Shown here in pieces: positions 16,943 to 26,753 of a DNA stretch of 33,794 bases. Positions within the stretch are counted from its first letter, which is position 1. The number at the start of each line of letters is the position of its first letter. The notes under the pieces are model-generated. The model was not told where the DNA came from. It did not search any database and was given only the letters and a program-made list of their open reading frames with translations. The position numbers were made by a program, and so were the translations under genes. This stretch comes from Oscillibacter sp. (GTDB lineage Bacteria > Bacillota > Clostridia > Oscillospirales > Oscillospiraceae). Location of the stretch: NCBI GenBank assembly GCA_024404295.1, contig JAKSQE010000001.1, positions 1-33,794 of the forward strand, written 5' to 3'.

Positions 16943-17542
16943 TTACAGGACGCGGGTCTCCGTCAGGTTGCAATAGAACTGCGCATGGGCGGCATTTTGA
17001 TAGGCTTTGACCCACAGCGTGCCCACGCCGAAGCACAGCGCACCCACGATATACCAGCCAATGAAACTCAAGTCCAGCAGAAACAGCTCCATCTTATGAC
17101 CATTCATCAGCGCCATACTCTCCCGAATGCAAGTGCGCCAGTCGTAGTCAGGATGATCGGCCTTGATATAGTAGGCCTGAGAATAGCTGTATGCTTTCAC
17201 AATACCGGGAACCACCAGAAGCAAAGACCACAGGGCGGTAAAAATATCCATCAGCAGACCCAATACGAAGATGCCGCCGAAATCGTCCTTGAAACCGTCA
17301 AACAGCTTTTCCACTTTGATATCGCCGCTCTCCACAGCGTGCTTATAAAACAGTTTATCCTGTCCGTAGAAAATCGGGCCGGTGACCAGAATGGCACCCA
17401 GACCGGGCATGATAGTGCCTGCGGCATACGTGATTGCGCCCACGATCAGGCAAGCCAGAACTGCCATTAGCCAGAGATTTCCAAAAATAGTGCCGCCTAA
17501 TTGCTCTCTTGCTTTTGCTTTCAATTCCGCATTTGTCATCAT
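16943..17542 (-). CDS. DUF975-family integral membrane protein
   Basis: ELKAKAREQL.G, LWSLLLVVPGIVKAYSYSQ, SMALMNGHKMELFLLDLSFIGW. Confidence 0.88.
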   Translation of the reverse strand: MMTNAELKAKAREQLGGTIFGNLWLMAVLACLIVGAITYAAGTIMPGLGAILVTGPIFYGQDKLFYKHAVESGDIKVEKLFDGFKDDFGGIFVLGLLMDIFTALWSLLLVVPGIVKAYSYSQAYYIKADHPDYDWRTCIRESMALMNGHKMELFLLDLSFIGWYIVGALCFGVGTLWVKAYQNAAHAQFYCNLTETRVL

Positions 17543-17545
17543 AAT

Positions 17546-19384
17546 TTATTCCTCGCTTTCTGCCCGTTCGCTCTCGCCCAACAATTGCAAAAATGCCTGG
17601 CGTTCCATCGTCTCATGCTCCAGAAGGTAAGACGCCACTGCATCCAGGTTGGAGCGCTGCTCGCTCAAAATCTTCTCACAGCGCTGATAGGCCGTATCAA
17701 TAAATGCCTTCACTTCTTCGTCGATCTGGGCTGCCACAGCCTCGGAATAGGTGCGGCTATGACCCATGGTGCGGCCGATAAAGACCTCATCATGGCCGGA
17801 TTCCAGAGAAACGGCGCCCACCTTTTCACTCATGCCATAAACGGTGACCATTTTGCGAGCAATCTCGCTGGCTCGATGCAGGTCGTTGGAGGCGCCGGTG
17901 GAAATATCGTCCAGACACAGTTGTTCTGCCACACGGCCACCCAACAGGCCGACGATCATATCCTCCATATAACGCTTGGAATAATAGGAGCGATCCTCCT
18001 CCGGCAGAGAAATGGTCATACCGCCTGCCATACCTCGGGGAACAATGGTGATCTGGCTGACGGGATCCTGACCGGGCAGCGTGTGCATCACAAGGGCGTG
18101 ACCGGCCTCATGATAAGCCGTCAGTTTCCGCTCATGCTCCGCTACCACACGGCTCTTTTTTTCAGGGCCGGCAATGACCTTGATCTCCGCATCCTTCAAA
18201 TCCTGCATGGTGATAAATTTGCGGTCATTGCGGGCTGCCAGCAAAGCGCCCTCATTGATCAGATTTTCCAGATCGGCACCGGTAAAGCCGGCAGTACCCT
18301 GTGCCAGCTTCTTGAGATCCACATCCTCTGCCAAAGGTTTGCCCTTGGCATGGACTTTCAGCACTTCCTCACGGCCCTTAATATCCGGCAGACCAACATA
18401 GATCTGACGGTCAAAACGGCCCGGGCGCAGCAATGCGGGGTCCAGAACGTCCGCGCGGTTCGTTGCAGCCAGAACGACCACACCCTCGTTGGCGGCAAAG
18501 CCGTCCATTTCTACCAGCAACTGGTTCAGTGTCTGCTCGCGCTCGTCATGACCGCCGCCAAGACCCGTACCACGCTGGCGGCCCACGGCGTCGATCTCAT
18601 CAATAAATACGATGGCAGGAGACTGCTTTTTTGCCTCCTCAAACAAGTCACGCACACGGCTGGCACCCACGCCCACATACAGTTCCACAAAGTCGGAACC
18701 GGAAATGGACAGGAATCCCACACCTGCTTCGCCGGCAACCGCTTTGGCAAGCAGCGTCTTACCGGTACCCGGAGGGCCCACCAACAAAACGCCCTTGGGA
18801 ATACGGGCACCCAGTTTGGTGAACTTTTCGGGGTCCTTCATGAACTCCACGATCTCCTGCAGTTCTGCCTTTTCCTCATCTGCGCCGGCCACATCGTTAA
18901 AGGTCACCTTGCGTGCTTTATCGGACAGGCCACGGAACTGCGCCGTACCGAACTTTGCCATGCGGTCAGGGCCCATTCCACCGCCCTGTGCCCGCATCAT
19001 AAACATCCAAAACACCATGAACAGTCCGCCCATCAGCAGATAGGGCAGCAGCAGTTCCAGCCAGTTCGTGGTCTCCGGGGGCGGATAGTCAAAGGACGTG
19101 ATAATGCCCTTGGCTTTCTGCTGGCGCACCAACTCGTTCAGATCATTGTAAAACAGATCAAAATCATGCACTTTCACCCGCACAGAGTCGCTGCTGCCTC
19201 GCAGGGACAGCACCACTGTGTTGGAGTCGCTGAAACGGAAGGATTCCACTTTTTCCTGCTCAAAAAGCTGCACCAGCTCGTCGTAGCGCATAGAATCCTT
19301 TTGTTCCAGCCGTATCAGCCAGGTAAAGCACAACAACAGTGCCAGCAGCAGCGGAAATACATTCAATCTGGGTCTATTTTTCAC
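17546..19384 (-). CDS. ftsH: ATP-dependent zinc metalloprotease FtsH
   Basis: Two TM helices, [30 protein letters not shown] start with GAGG RBS. Confidence 0.98.
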   Translation of the reverse strand: MKNRPRLNVFPLLLALLLCFTWLIRLEQKDSMRYDELVQLFEQEKVESFRFSDSNTVVLSLRGSSDSVRVKVHDFDLFYNDLNELVRQQKAKGIITSFDYPPPETTNWLELLLPYLLMGGLFMVFWMFMMRAQGGGMGPDRMAKFGTAQFRGLSDKARKVTFNDVAGADEEKAELQEIVEFMKDPEKFTKLGARIPKGVLLVGPPGTGKTLLAKAVAGEAGVGFLSISGSDFVELYVGVGASRVRDLFEEAKKQSPAIVFIDEIDAVGRQRGTGLGGGHDEREQTLNQLLVEMDGFAANEGVVVLAATNRADVLDPALLRPGRFDRQIYVGLPDIKGREEVLKVHAKGKPLAEDVDLKKLAQGTAGFTGADLENLINEGALLAARNDRKFITMQDLKDAEIKVIAGPEKKSRVVAEHERKLTAYHEAGHALVMHTLPGQDPVSQITIVPRGMAGGMTISLPEEDRSYYSKRYMEDMIVGLLGGRVAEQLCLDDISTGASNDLHRASEIARKMVTVYGMSEKVGAVSLESGHDEVFIGRTMGHSRTYSEAVAAQIDEEVKAFIDTAYQRCEKILSEQRSNLDAVASYLLEHETMERQAFLQLLGESERAESEE

Positions 19385-19408
19385 CTTGGAGTTTCCTCCT
19401 TTTTCTAT

Positions 19409-19963
19409 TTAGACTTTCTCGTACACTTCAGGTTTCAGCACCCCGATGTAAGGCAGGTTGCGATAGCGCTCGGCGAAGTCCAAACCGTAACCCACCACGA
19501 ACTCGTCGGGCACCGTAAAACCGGCCAGGTCAGCGGTAACAGCCTTGGTGCGGCGGGAAGGTTTATCCAGCAGCGTAACAATGGCAATATCCTTTGCGCC
19601 CTTGGTCATCAGGTAATCTTTCAGGAAGGCCAGCGTATTGCCGGAGTCCAGAATATCCTCCACAATGACAATGTTGCGTCCGGTAATATCATGGCGCAAA
19701 TCATAGTTGATCTGCACACGGCCGGAGCTGCTGGTTCCACTCTGATAGGAACTGAGTGCCATGAATTCCAAGTCGCAGTCCAGCGCACAGGCGCGCACCA
19801 GATCGGCCATGAAAACAAAAGAGCCTTTCAGCACACCCAAAAACAGCGGCTTCTTGCCTTCAAAGCGGTCATACAGAGCATCGCCCAATTCCTGCACACG
19901 TGCCTTGATCTCTTCCTCACTCAAAAGGACTTTCAGAATATCTTTCTCAATTTCACTTTTCAT
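19409..19963 (-). CDS. hpt: Hypoxanthine phosphoribosyltransferase
   Basis: VLKGS, IVEDILDSGNT PRPP loop, FVVGYGLD; lies between tilS and ftsH. Confidence 0.97.
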   Translation of the reverse strand: MKSEIEKDILKVLLSEEEIKARVQELGDALYDRFEGKKPLFLGVLKGSFVFMADLVRACALDCDLEFMALSSYQSGTSSSGRVQINYDLRHDITGRNIVIVEDILDSGNTLAFLKDYLMTKGAKDIAIVTLLDKPSRRTKAVTADLAGFTVPDEFVVGYGLDFAERYRNLPYIGVLKPEVYEKV

Positions 19964-21273
19964 GTGATCTTCCCCCGTTTATATGATTTATCGAATTTGA
20001 CTTGTACCGGAATGAAATGATTCTCCGGTGCAAAAGAGATATCGATTCCAACGTGCGGCACTGCCGCAATTTGTCCGTTCACTCGCAAAACCGGTAGCGT
20101 ATCCCGCTCCGCCGGGGCAATTCCCCGATCTACACACAGTCGCTTCAGGCTGCGCCGGCCTTGTGCTCCCGGCAAAGTCAGACCGTCATCCCGATTCCAG
20201 GTCGTCAGGCAAAGGGTGGCTCCTTCCGGCAAAGAAATATTTCCGCTTTCACAGGCTTCTACCGTTACTTCCCAATCTCCAAACCGAACGGTCTCCCCTA
20301 ACTGAATCGGTACTTCCTCCGGTGTAGCCTCGCTTTGTTCAATCAGCAATTCTCCCGCCGTACGGTACGCAACCATGCCGTAGGGCAGAGAAACCTGCCG
20401 GCCCGGCTGTAAACCTAAAACGTCTTCCACATGGGTGGCGGTCAAATCTTTTCGATGTCCGGAAACCTCCGCCATCATTTGCAAAATCGCACGGCGAACC
20501 ACCGTTTCTGCCGCTGCTAAAGAAGCTATATCAATGGTCAGACCCTTTGCCGTAGGTCGAGCCTGGGCAGATAGTTCCGCTGCCATCATCTCCACACCAT
20601 CAGACTCTTCCCGCAGCAGTCGCGCGGCCCGTGTCATATTCTCGATCGCTCTGGGGTTTAATTGCTTCAGCACCGGTATCACTTGATGCCGCAACACGTT
20701 GCGGGATGCGTCATCCATCCGGTTGGTTTCATCTTCAGTATGCGGAACGTTGTTTTCCGCCGCATAGGCAAGCAGCGACGCATGCGTTACTTCCAAAAAT
20801 GGACGGTACAACTTGCCCCGCACCGGAGGGATCCCCGCAAGGCCCATGGAACCGGTACCGCGCAGCAAATTCAACAGCATAGTCTCAGCATTGTCATCGG
20901 CATGGTGGGCAGTAAAAATGGCATCATAGCCCTCCGCCGCTTCTTTTAGAAACGCATAGCGCAGGTTCCGCGCTGCCTCTTCCGTCGTCAGGCCGTCACG
21001 CATCGCCACTTCTCTGGTGTTGCCGCTGCCGGACACAAACGGGATTTTATGCGCAGCGCAATACTCCGCCACAAAAGTCTCGTCTCGGTCGGCCAACTCC
21101 CCGCGGAGCTGGTGGTTAAAATGGGCAGCGGTAACGGAAAAGCCCTCCCGCTCTGCCATCCAATGCAGCAGGCACATAGAGTCCAGCCCACCGGAGACGG
21201 CACACAGAATCCTGCCGCCCTCAGGGAAATGACGGCAAAGAAACGCCTCTGCCGTTTTGAAGTCATTCGTCAT
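19960..21273 (-). CDS. tilS: tRNA(Ile)-lysidine synthetase
   Basis: SGGLDS PP-loop, HFNHQLRG, ARNLRY, AHHADDNAET. Confidence 0.96.
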   Translation of the reverse strand: MTNDFKTAEAFLCRHFPEGGRILCAVSGGLDSMCLLHWMAEREGFSVTAAHFNHQLRGELADRDETFVAEYCAAHKIPFVSGSGNTREVAMRDGLTTEEAARNLRYAFLKEAAEGYDAIFTAHHADDNAETMLLNLLRGTGSMGLAGIPPVRGKLYRPFLEVTHASLLAYAAENNVPHTEDETNRMDDASRNVLRHQVIPVLKQLNPRAIENMTRAARLLREESDGVEMMAAELSAQARPTAKGLTIDIASLAAAETVVRRAILQMMAEVSGHRKDLTATHVEDVLGLQPGRQVSLPYGMVAYRTAGELLIEQSEATPEEVPIQLGETVRFGDWEVTVEACESGNISLPEGATLCLTTWNRDDGLTLPGAQGRRSLKRLCVDRGIAPAERDTLPVLRVNGQIAAVPHVGIDISFAPENHFIPVQVKFDKSYKRGKIT

Positions 21274-22612
21274 CGTCGTAACGGGTGTCCAGCGTGGAGA
21301 ATGTGGTATACTCCGGTGTCCACTTCAACTCCACCTTGCCGGTCTCGCCGTGGCGGTTTTTCGCCACGATGCACTCAGCAATGTTTCGTTTTTCGCTGTC
21401 TTCATTATAATAGTCGTCACGATACAGGAACAGAACAATATCAGCATCCTGTTCGATGGCGCCGGATTCACGCAGGTCGGACAGCATGGGGCGCTTGTCG
21501 TCACGTTTTTCATTGGCACGGCTCAACTGGCTCAGGCAGATAACAGGAACATTCAGCTCCTTTGCCATGACTTTCAGCATACGAGACATATCGGAAACCA
21601 CCTGTTGGCGGTTCTCACCGCCCTGCTTGCCGCCGGCAGAGGTCATCAACTGCAGATAGTCGATGACTACCAGGCCCAGATTATCCAATCTGCGGCACTT
21701 GGCATTCATGTCTGCCACACTAAGCATGGGGTTATCATCAATGCGGATATCCACCCGATTCAAAATGCCAGCCGCTGCAGCGATCTTCTCCCAATCGGTC
21801 TCCCGCAGAGAGCCGGTACGCAAACGGGTATTCTCCACGAAAGCTTCTGCGGACAGCAGGCGGGTAGCCAGCTGCTCCCTGGACATTTCCAGAGAGAAAA
21901 TCGCCACTGTCTTATTCTCATTTTTTGCTACATTCAGCGCCACATTCAGTGCGAAAGACGTTTTACCCATACCGGGACGGGCTGCCAAAAGCAGCAGGTC
22001 AGATTTATTTAAGCCGGTGATCTTGCGGTCCACGGCAGAAAGGCCGGTAGAGAGACCCGGCAGACGGCTGCCGCTTTCGCTCATCTCGTTCAGGCGATCC
22101 AGCACCTCAGGCAGCACCATACGCAGAGGCACCATATCCTGAGAGCCCTGACCACGGCGAATGGAGTAGATCTTCTGCTCTGCCGCCTCCAGAATGTCGG
22201 TGGCTTCGCCCAATCCCTCCTGCACCAGTGCTGTGATCTCCCCGGCTGTCTGCGCTACGCTGCGCAGCAATGCCTTGTCGCGCACGATACTCACGTACTC
22301 CATCACATTGGCACTGGTCGGCGTGATCTCCATGAGTTGGGCAAGATAGGAGCGTGTCGTATTGTCATCGTAGGTGCCGGCCTTTTGCATCTCCTCGCAG
22401 ACCGTGATACCGTCGATGGGTCGAGCATAGGTGAACATGGTATAAATGGTTTCAAAAATCTCCCGGTTCTGGCGCAGGTAGAAGTCGTCGGGACGCAGTT
22501 TTTCCACCACGTCCTTGACGCAGTTCTCATCAATGAGCATCGAGCCCAAAACGGCCTGCTCTCCCTCTAAACTATGCGGCATCTGCCGCAGCAGCAAATC
22601 TTCGTTCGCCAT
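21263..22612 (-). CDS. dnaB: Replicative DNA helicase (DnaB; DnaC in Bacillus)
   Basis: EQAVLG, AARPGMGKT, IDYLQL, SQLSR, LRESGAIEQDAD. Confidence 0.98.
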   Translation of the reverse strand: MANEDLLLRQMPHSLEGEQAVLGSMLIDENCVKDVVEKLRPDDFYLRQNREIFETIYTMFTYARPIDGITVCEEMQKAGTYDDNTTRSYLAQLMEITPTSANVMEYVSIVRDKALLRSVAQTAGEITALVQEGLGEATDILEAAEQKIYSIRRGQGSQDMVPLRMVLPEVLDRLNEMSESGSRLPGLSTGLSAVDRKITGLNKSDLLLLAARPGMGKTSFALNVALNVAKNENKTVAIFSLEMSREQLATRLLSAEAFVENTRLRTGSLRETDWEKIAAAAGILNRVDIRIDDNPMLSVADMNAKCRRLDNLGLVVIDYLQLMTSAGGKQGGENRQQVVSDMSRMLKVMAKELNVPVICLSQLSRANEKRDDKRPMLSDLRESGAIEQDADIVLFLYRDDYYNEDSEKRNIAECIVAKNRHGETGKVELKWTPEYTTFSTLDTRYDDDE

Positions 22613-22653
22613 GTTGGTTCACCTCATTCACGGATCTCTCCGTGCATTCTGTA

Positions 22654-23100
22654 TTATTCCTCCACAACGGACACTTTGACAGTGCCCACGACCTCAAAGC
22701 CCAGCTTTGCCTTGACCTGATAGCTGCCAAAAGCCTTAATAGGATCGTCCAGTACCAACTTCTGCTTGGGGATCTCCAGGCTGAACTGTGCTTTCAGACC
22801 TTCGGAAATCTCCTTGGTGGTCACAGCGCCAAACAGCTTGCCGCCATTGCCTGCCTTGGCAGTCAGCTTTACCGTGCACTCCTTCAGCTTTTCAGCGGTT
22901 GCCTCAGCCTCAGCCTTCATACGGGCCTCTTCAGCCTTGCGGGCCTTCTCCTTCAGATTCATGGTGTTAATGGCATCAGCGGTTGCAGGGATCGCCAGCT
23001 TACGGGGCAGCAGGAAGTTGCGGCCGTAGCCCTCGGAAACTTCCACCATCTCGCCCTTTTTACCTTGGCCCTTCACGTCCTGCTGTAAAATGACTTTCAT
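22654..23100 (-). CDS. rplI: 50S ribosomal protein L9
   Basis: MKVIL..DVKG.GK.G..VEV..GYGRNFL, KLFGAVT. Confidence 0.98.
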   Translation of the reverse strand: MKVILQQDVKGQGKKGEMVEVSEGYGRNFLLPRKLAIPATADAINTMNLKEKARKAEEARMKAEAEATAEKLKECTVKLTAKAGNGGKLFGAVTTKEISEGLKAQFSLEIPKQKLVLDDPIKAFGSYQVKAKLGFEVVGTVKVSVVEE

Positions 23101-23126
23101 AATATCGTTCTCCTTTTTTAGAAAAA

Positions 23127-25124
23127 TTACTTCTCAAAATAATTATCCAGTGCCAACAACAGTTGTTCACGGATCATATACAGATCACCGTCTTCAATAC
23201 GTCCGCCTGCGGTGGTCGAGTTGCCGCCGCCGCCCAGCGTTTCCAATACTACCTGCACATTGACCTCGCCCAAGGAGCGGGCAGACATCAACACCGCCGT
23301 TCCGCTGCGATACAAGACAAACGATGCACGTACGCCTTTCAACGTAAGTAGTTCGTCTGCCGCCTGCGCTGCAGTAACTCGATCCACGCCATCGGAATCA
23401 ACTACGGCAATGGCAATATCCTCCCGATAAATTTCCGCACGGCGGATAATATCATAGCGGGAGATCATATCGCTGAGGTTATTCTGGAACATCATCTGCA
23501 CATTCGCAGTATCTGCACCGGCACGACGCAAAAATGCGGCTGCTTCAAAGGTGCGGCCGCCCGTACGGCTGGTAAAATGCTTGGTATCCAACACAATGCC
23601 TGCCAGCAGTGCTTCTGCTTCCTCTCGCAGCAAGTCGGCGGGCTCTACCATATACTGCAGCAGTTCCGTCACCAATTCGCAGGCTGAGGAGGCATAAGGC
23701 TCTTGGAAATTGAAGGCGGCATTCTCAATGTAGGTCGCCGCACGGCGATGATGGTCGATAACGGCGATGCGATTGCAGGATTCCAACAGTTGGGGATTTT
23801 CCACCATTTCAGGACGGTTCGTATCCACCACCACTAACAGCGTACCGGGACGCATTCGTACAAAGGCGTCTTCCGGATCCAAAAAGGCATTTTCGTATTC
23901 CGGCAGACCGCTGACCTTTTCCAACACCGGTCCAGCCACCGTGCGGTTACGGTCAATCACAATGTGGCATCTCTTTTCCTTCTTCCAAGCTGCACGGCAG
24001 ATGCCAATGGCGGCACCCATGGCGTCCATATCCGAATAGCTATGGCCCATAACATATACTTCGCTGGCATCGCTGATCAACTCGTTCAATGCGTTCGCCA
24101 TCACACGCGATTTGACTTTGGTTCGCTTTTCCGTAGCCTTTGTACGTCCACCGTAGAATGCGAAATCCACATCGTTGCGGACAACGGCCTGATCGCCGCC
24201 GCGGCTTAGTGCCATCTCTAATGCCAATTTGGCATTCTTATAGAGCTCCGGGAGTCCTTCCACATCCTTGCCAACACCGATAGACAGGGTCGGATGGATA
24301 TTTTCCGCGACTTTTATTTCACGAACACTATCCAAAATCGAGAATTTCTCCTCCAGGAAAAAGTTGTAATACTGTTCTTCAAAGATAAAAATATAATTGT
24401 CTCGCTTGGTCCGCAGCAGCAGGCCCTGACCGGCCGCCGCCCACTCGTTTAATTTCTCATCAATTTGTGCAAGCATACTGCTGCGCTGTGCGTCTTCGCA
24501 GATCTTCACCAACTCATCATAGTTATCCAGTGCCAGCAACGCAACTACAGGGCGTGAATTGTCATAAGCTTCCCGGAGATAGTCTGCTTCCGTGGTCTCC
24601 AGCCAGTAAGTGGTAGCCACTACGCCACTCTGCTCGCCGCGGCCCTTAGAACGCACCAAACTGCCATAAACACGAAAACGGCGATGGTCGAGTTCCACGC
24701 AATCGGGGCTCTCCTGTTTGCCGGACAACAGCCAATCCGCTGAAAAGCCGGGTACCGCTTCCTCGATCTTCATCTCAAACAGGTGGTCCCGCACGCCGGT
24801 CATCTGCAAAAAGCCCTCATTGCTCCAAATGACCTCACCAGTGTCCGGGCGAAACACCAGTGTCGGCAGGGGGGAATTGATCAGCGTTGACTTGCTGGCC
24901 GTATCCACACTATCTGTCACCGAATCGATATACTGCATGATCTTCTGGCGCCGCTTCTGCTCATTTCGCTGGAAGAAATAATGCACCAGTAATGTTGCAG
25001 CAGCTTCGATAACACCCAGTTCCCAGTTCTTCATCAAAAATGCAGCCACTGCAAACAGAGCCATGATGAACGTATACAGTTTCAGATTCGGCTCCAACAG
25101 TCGAGAGAGTCGTTTATTATTCAT
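23127..25124 (-). CDS. gdpP: Cyclic-di-AMP phosphodiesterase GdpP (TM-PAS-degenerate GGDEF-DHH-DHHA1)
   Basis: Two TM helices, [28 protein letters not shown]; conserved gdpP-rplI-helicase order. Confidence 0.93.
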   Translation of the reverse strand: MNNKRLSRLLEPNLKLYTFIMALFAVAAFLMKNWELGVIEAAATLLVHYFFQRNEQKRRQKIMQYIDSVTDSVDTASKSTLINSPLPTLVFRPDTGEVIWSNEGFLQMTGVRDHLFEMKIEEAVPGFSADWLLSGKQESPDCVELDHRRFRVYGSLVRSKGRGEQSGVVATTYWLETTEADYLREAYDNSRPVVALLALDNYDELVKICEDAQRSSMLAQIDEKLNEWAAAGQGLLLRTKRDNYIFIFEEQYYNFFLEEKFSILDSVREIKVAENIHPTLSIGVGKDVEGLPELYKNAKLALEMALSRGGDQAVVRNDVDFAFYGGRTKATEKRTKVKSRVMANALNELISDASEVYVMGHSYSDMDAMGAAIGICRAAWKKEKRCHIVIDRNRTVAGPVLEKVSGLPEYENAFLDPEDAFVRMRPGTLLVVVDTNRPEMVENPQLLESCNRIAVIDHHRRAATYIENAAFNFQEPYASSACELVTELLQYMVEPADLLREEAEALLAGIVLDTKHFTSRTGGRTFEAAAFLRRAGADTANVQMMFQNNLSDMISRYDIIRRAEIYREDIAIAVVDSDGVDRVTAAQAADELLTLKGVRASFVLYRSGTAVLMSARSLGEVNVQVVLETLGGGGNSTTAGGRIEDGDLYMIREQLLLALDNYFEK

Positions 25125-25190
25125 AGCTGTCTCCTTTCCCGGTTTACCGGCAGAGATATGTGCATATCAATCCATAATAATTGAATTTAT

Positions 25191-25219
25191 ATTATACCAT
25201 TCCCGCTTTCTGTGCGCAA
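25191..25219 (-). promoter_or_regulatory. Sigma-A promoter for the gdpP operon
   Basis: TTGCGC, 17 bp spacer, TATAAT with extended -10 TG. Confidence 0.75.
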
Positions 25220-25228
25220 GCTTTCCGC

Positions 25229-25258
25229 AAAAAAACGTCCTCCTTTTCAGGAGGACGT
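25229..25258 (-). terminator. Intrinsic terminator after the LacI gene
   Basis: ACGTCCTCCT-GAAA-AGGAGGACGT followed by TTTTTT. Confidence 0.85.
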
Positions 25259-25331
25259 AACCGTTTCGTTTTCTTTTGGACTGCCACACCGGCAGCCATT
25301 GCAGTACCAGTCCCAGCCCCAAAAGCTTTTC

Positions 25332-26351
25332 TCAAATCAATTCCGCATTTAAGATCACACTGGTGGGGCTGTAACTGTCCTGTTCCGGAGAACGATGCTC
25401 TACCAAATAGCGAAACAGCACCGTTAATGCCTGGTAGGTCTGATAGGGCATATCCTGGTCAATGGTAAAATCTACCCATCCCTTTTTCAGGTATTCTTGA
25501 ATATCCGGATCGCTGTCATGGCTCAATACCCGTACATTTCCGATTTTTCCGCAGCGTCGCAGCGCCTCCATACAGGCAGGAACACTGTGATTCGCCATAT
25601 AGATCAGCCGAAGTTCCGGCTCTTCCCGCAATACAGTTTCCACTGCCTGCAGAGTTTCTTCATAGTCCTCATGAGTCGCTACCACCCGGCTGCCGTAAAG
25701 TCCCAGTTCTGTCAGGCGGCTCAGAAATCCCTCCGCACGGGCTTTATGTCCCGCATAGGCAGGTCCGGCATAGACCAGCAGTAACGGTGTATCTGGCTGC
25801 AGGCATTTCGAGGCAATTTCTCCCGCCACTCGTCCGGCGCGGAAGGCATCTTCGCCCACGTAGCAAAGACGTTGAGACTGGGGCAGATCCGAGTTAAATG
25901 TCACCACCGGGATTTTTTGCCGTGCCAGTTCTGCAATTTTGTCCCGCACTTCCGGGCTCTCTGCCGCACAGAGGGCAATGGCCTGCGCGCCCTGCTCTAC
26001 TGCCCGGTCGATCTGAGAAAGACACCCAACTTCATCCGCCTGCGGATAACTCTGCAGGTCCAGAGTCAGGTTATAATCGCCATGCTCCTCCAGGAATCGT
26101 TCGATCCCCTCCGCCATTTTTCCCTGAATATCCTCCGGCCACTCCGGCTGAATCACTGCCAACCGACGGTGCACTGCACTCGTTGCCAATGCAGCTGCCA
26201 TACGGTTGGGGCGATAGTCCAGTTCTTCCATGACCTGCAAGATTTTTTTGCGTACTTCCTCTTTCACATAAGGCCGGTCGTGCAGAACACGATCCACCGT
26301 TCCGATGGAGACGCCTGCCTTATCCGCGATCATTCGGATCGTTGCGCGCAT
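25332..26351 (-). CDS. LacI-family transcriptional regulator
   Basis: TIRMIADKAGVSIGTVDRVLH HTH, YRPNRMAAAL hinge, sugar-binding-like domain. ATG 26351 with AGGAG RBS. Confidence 0.93.
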   Translation of the reverse strand: MRATIRMIADKAGVSIGTVDRVLHDRPYVKEEVRKKILQVMEELDYRPNRMAAALATSAVHRRLAVIQPEWPEDIQGKMAEGIERFLEEHGDYNLTLDLQSYPQADEVGCLSQIDRAVEQGAQAIALCAAESPEVRDKIAELARQKIPVVTFNSDLPQSQRLCYVGEDAFRAGRVAGEIASKCLQPDTPLLLVYAGPAYAGHKARAEGFLSRLTELGLYGSRVVATHEDYEETLQAVETVLREEPELRLIYMANHSVPACMEALRRCGKIGNVRVLSHDSDPDIQEYLKKGWVDFTIDQDMPYQTYQALTVLFRYLVEHRSPEQDSYSPTSVILNAELI

Positions 26352-26400
26352 GGCTCTCCTCCTCTCAAAGATTTTTGAATTTCTTGTCGGTTTTTCTTCC

Positions 26401-26414
26401 TGTGTACGCACACA
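26401..26414. promoter_or_regulatory. Putative LacI operator (autoregulatory)
   Basis: Near-palindrome TGTGTACGCACACA with central CG, immediately downstream of the -10. Confidence 0.6.
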
Positions 26415-26441
26415 TCATAGCATTCACATGATATTTGTCAA
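26414..26441 (-). promoter_or_regulatory. Promoter for the LacI gene
   Basis: TTGACA, 16 bp spacer, TATGAT with extended -10 TG. Confidence 0.7.
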
Positions 26442-26481
26442 TAAATTCTCGCCATTCTTTTTGCGTTTTGAAAAATTATTG

Positions 26482-26510
26482 TATACAAGCGGGGCGAGAT
26501 GTGCTATACT
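26482..26510 (+). promoter_or_regulatory. Putative promoter for rnj
   Basis: TATACA, 17 bp spacer, TATACT with extended -10 TG. Confidence 0.55.
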
Positions 26511-26516
26511 ACATCA

Positions 26517-26753
26517 TAACCTTCAGGGACACTCTGTTTTAATGCCCTGATTTTTGATGTTTTACCGGACACCACTCTCCGGTCAAATATACACAATTCC
26601 ACATAGTTCAACGGTATGGCGTGAACGGACATCCGGCGGCGAAACAGGGCCGACTCGGACAACGGACGTCTTTTCTTTGCGTACGCCCTTTTTGCGCCTT
26701 TTGCCGATTTTTGTGGAATTTTTCTTACATATTTCAGATGAAGGAGCTTTTGA
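26517..26753 (+). promoter_or_regulatory. Long structured 5' leader of rnj (candidate cis-regulatory RNA)
   Basis: Several nested inverted repeats and two stem+U-tract elements (see findings). Confidence 0.45.

Noticed and set aside
17501-20020. 839-aa plus-strand ORF antisense to ftsH/hpt
   Set aside because: It mirrors conserved genes, has no recognisable motifs, and is rich in His/Gln/Leu as expected for an antisense shadow of biased codon usage.
26590-26725. Calling the rnj leader rod a 6S or SRP RNA
   Set aside because: No SRP domain IV motif (CAGG...GGAA...AGCAG) and no recognisable 6S features; left as an unassigned structured leader.
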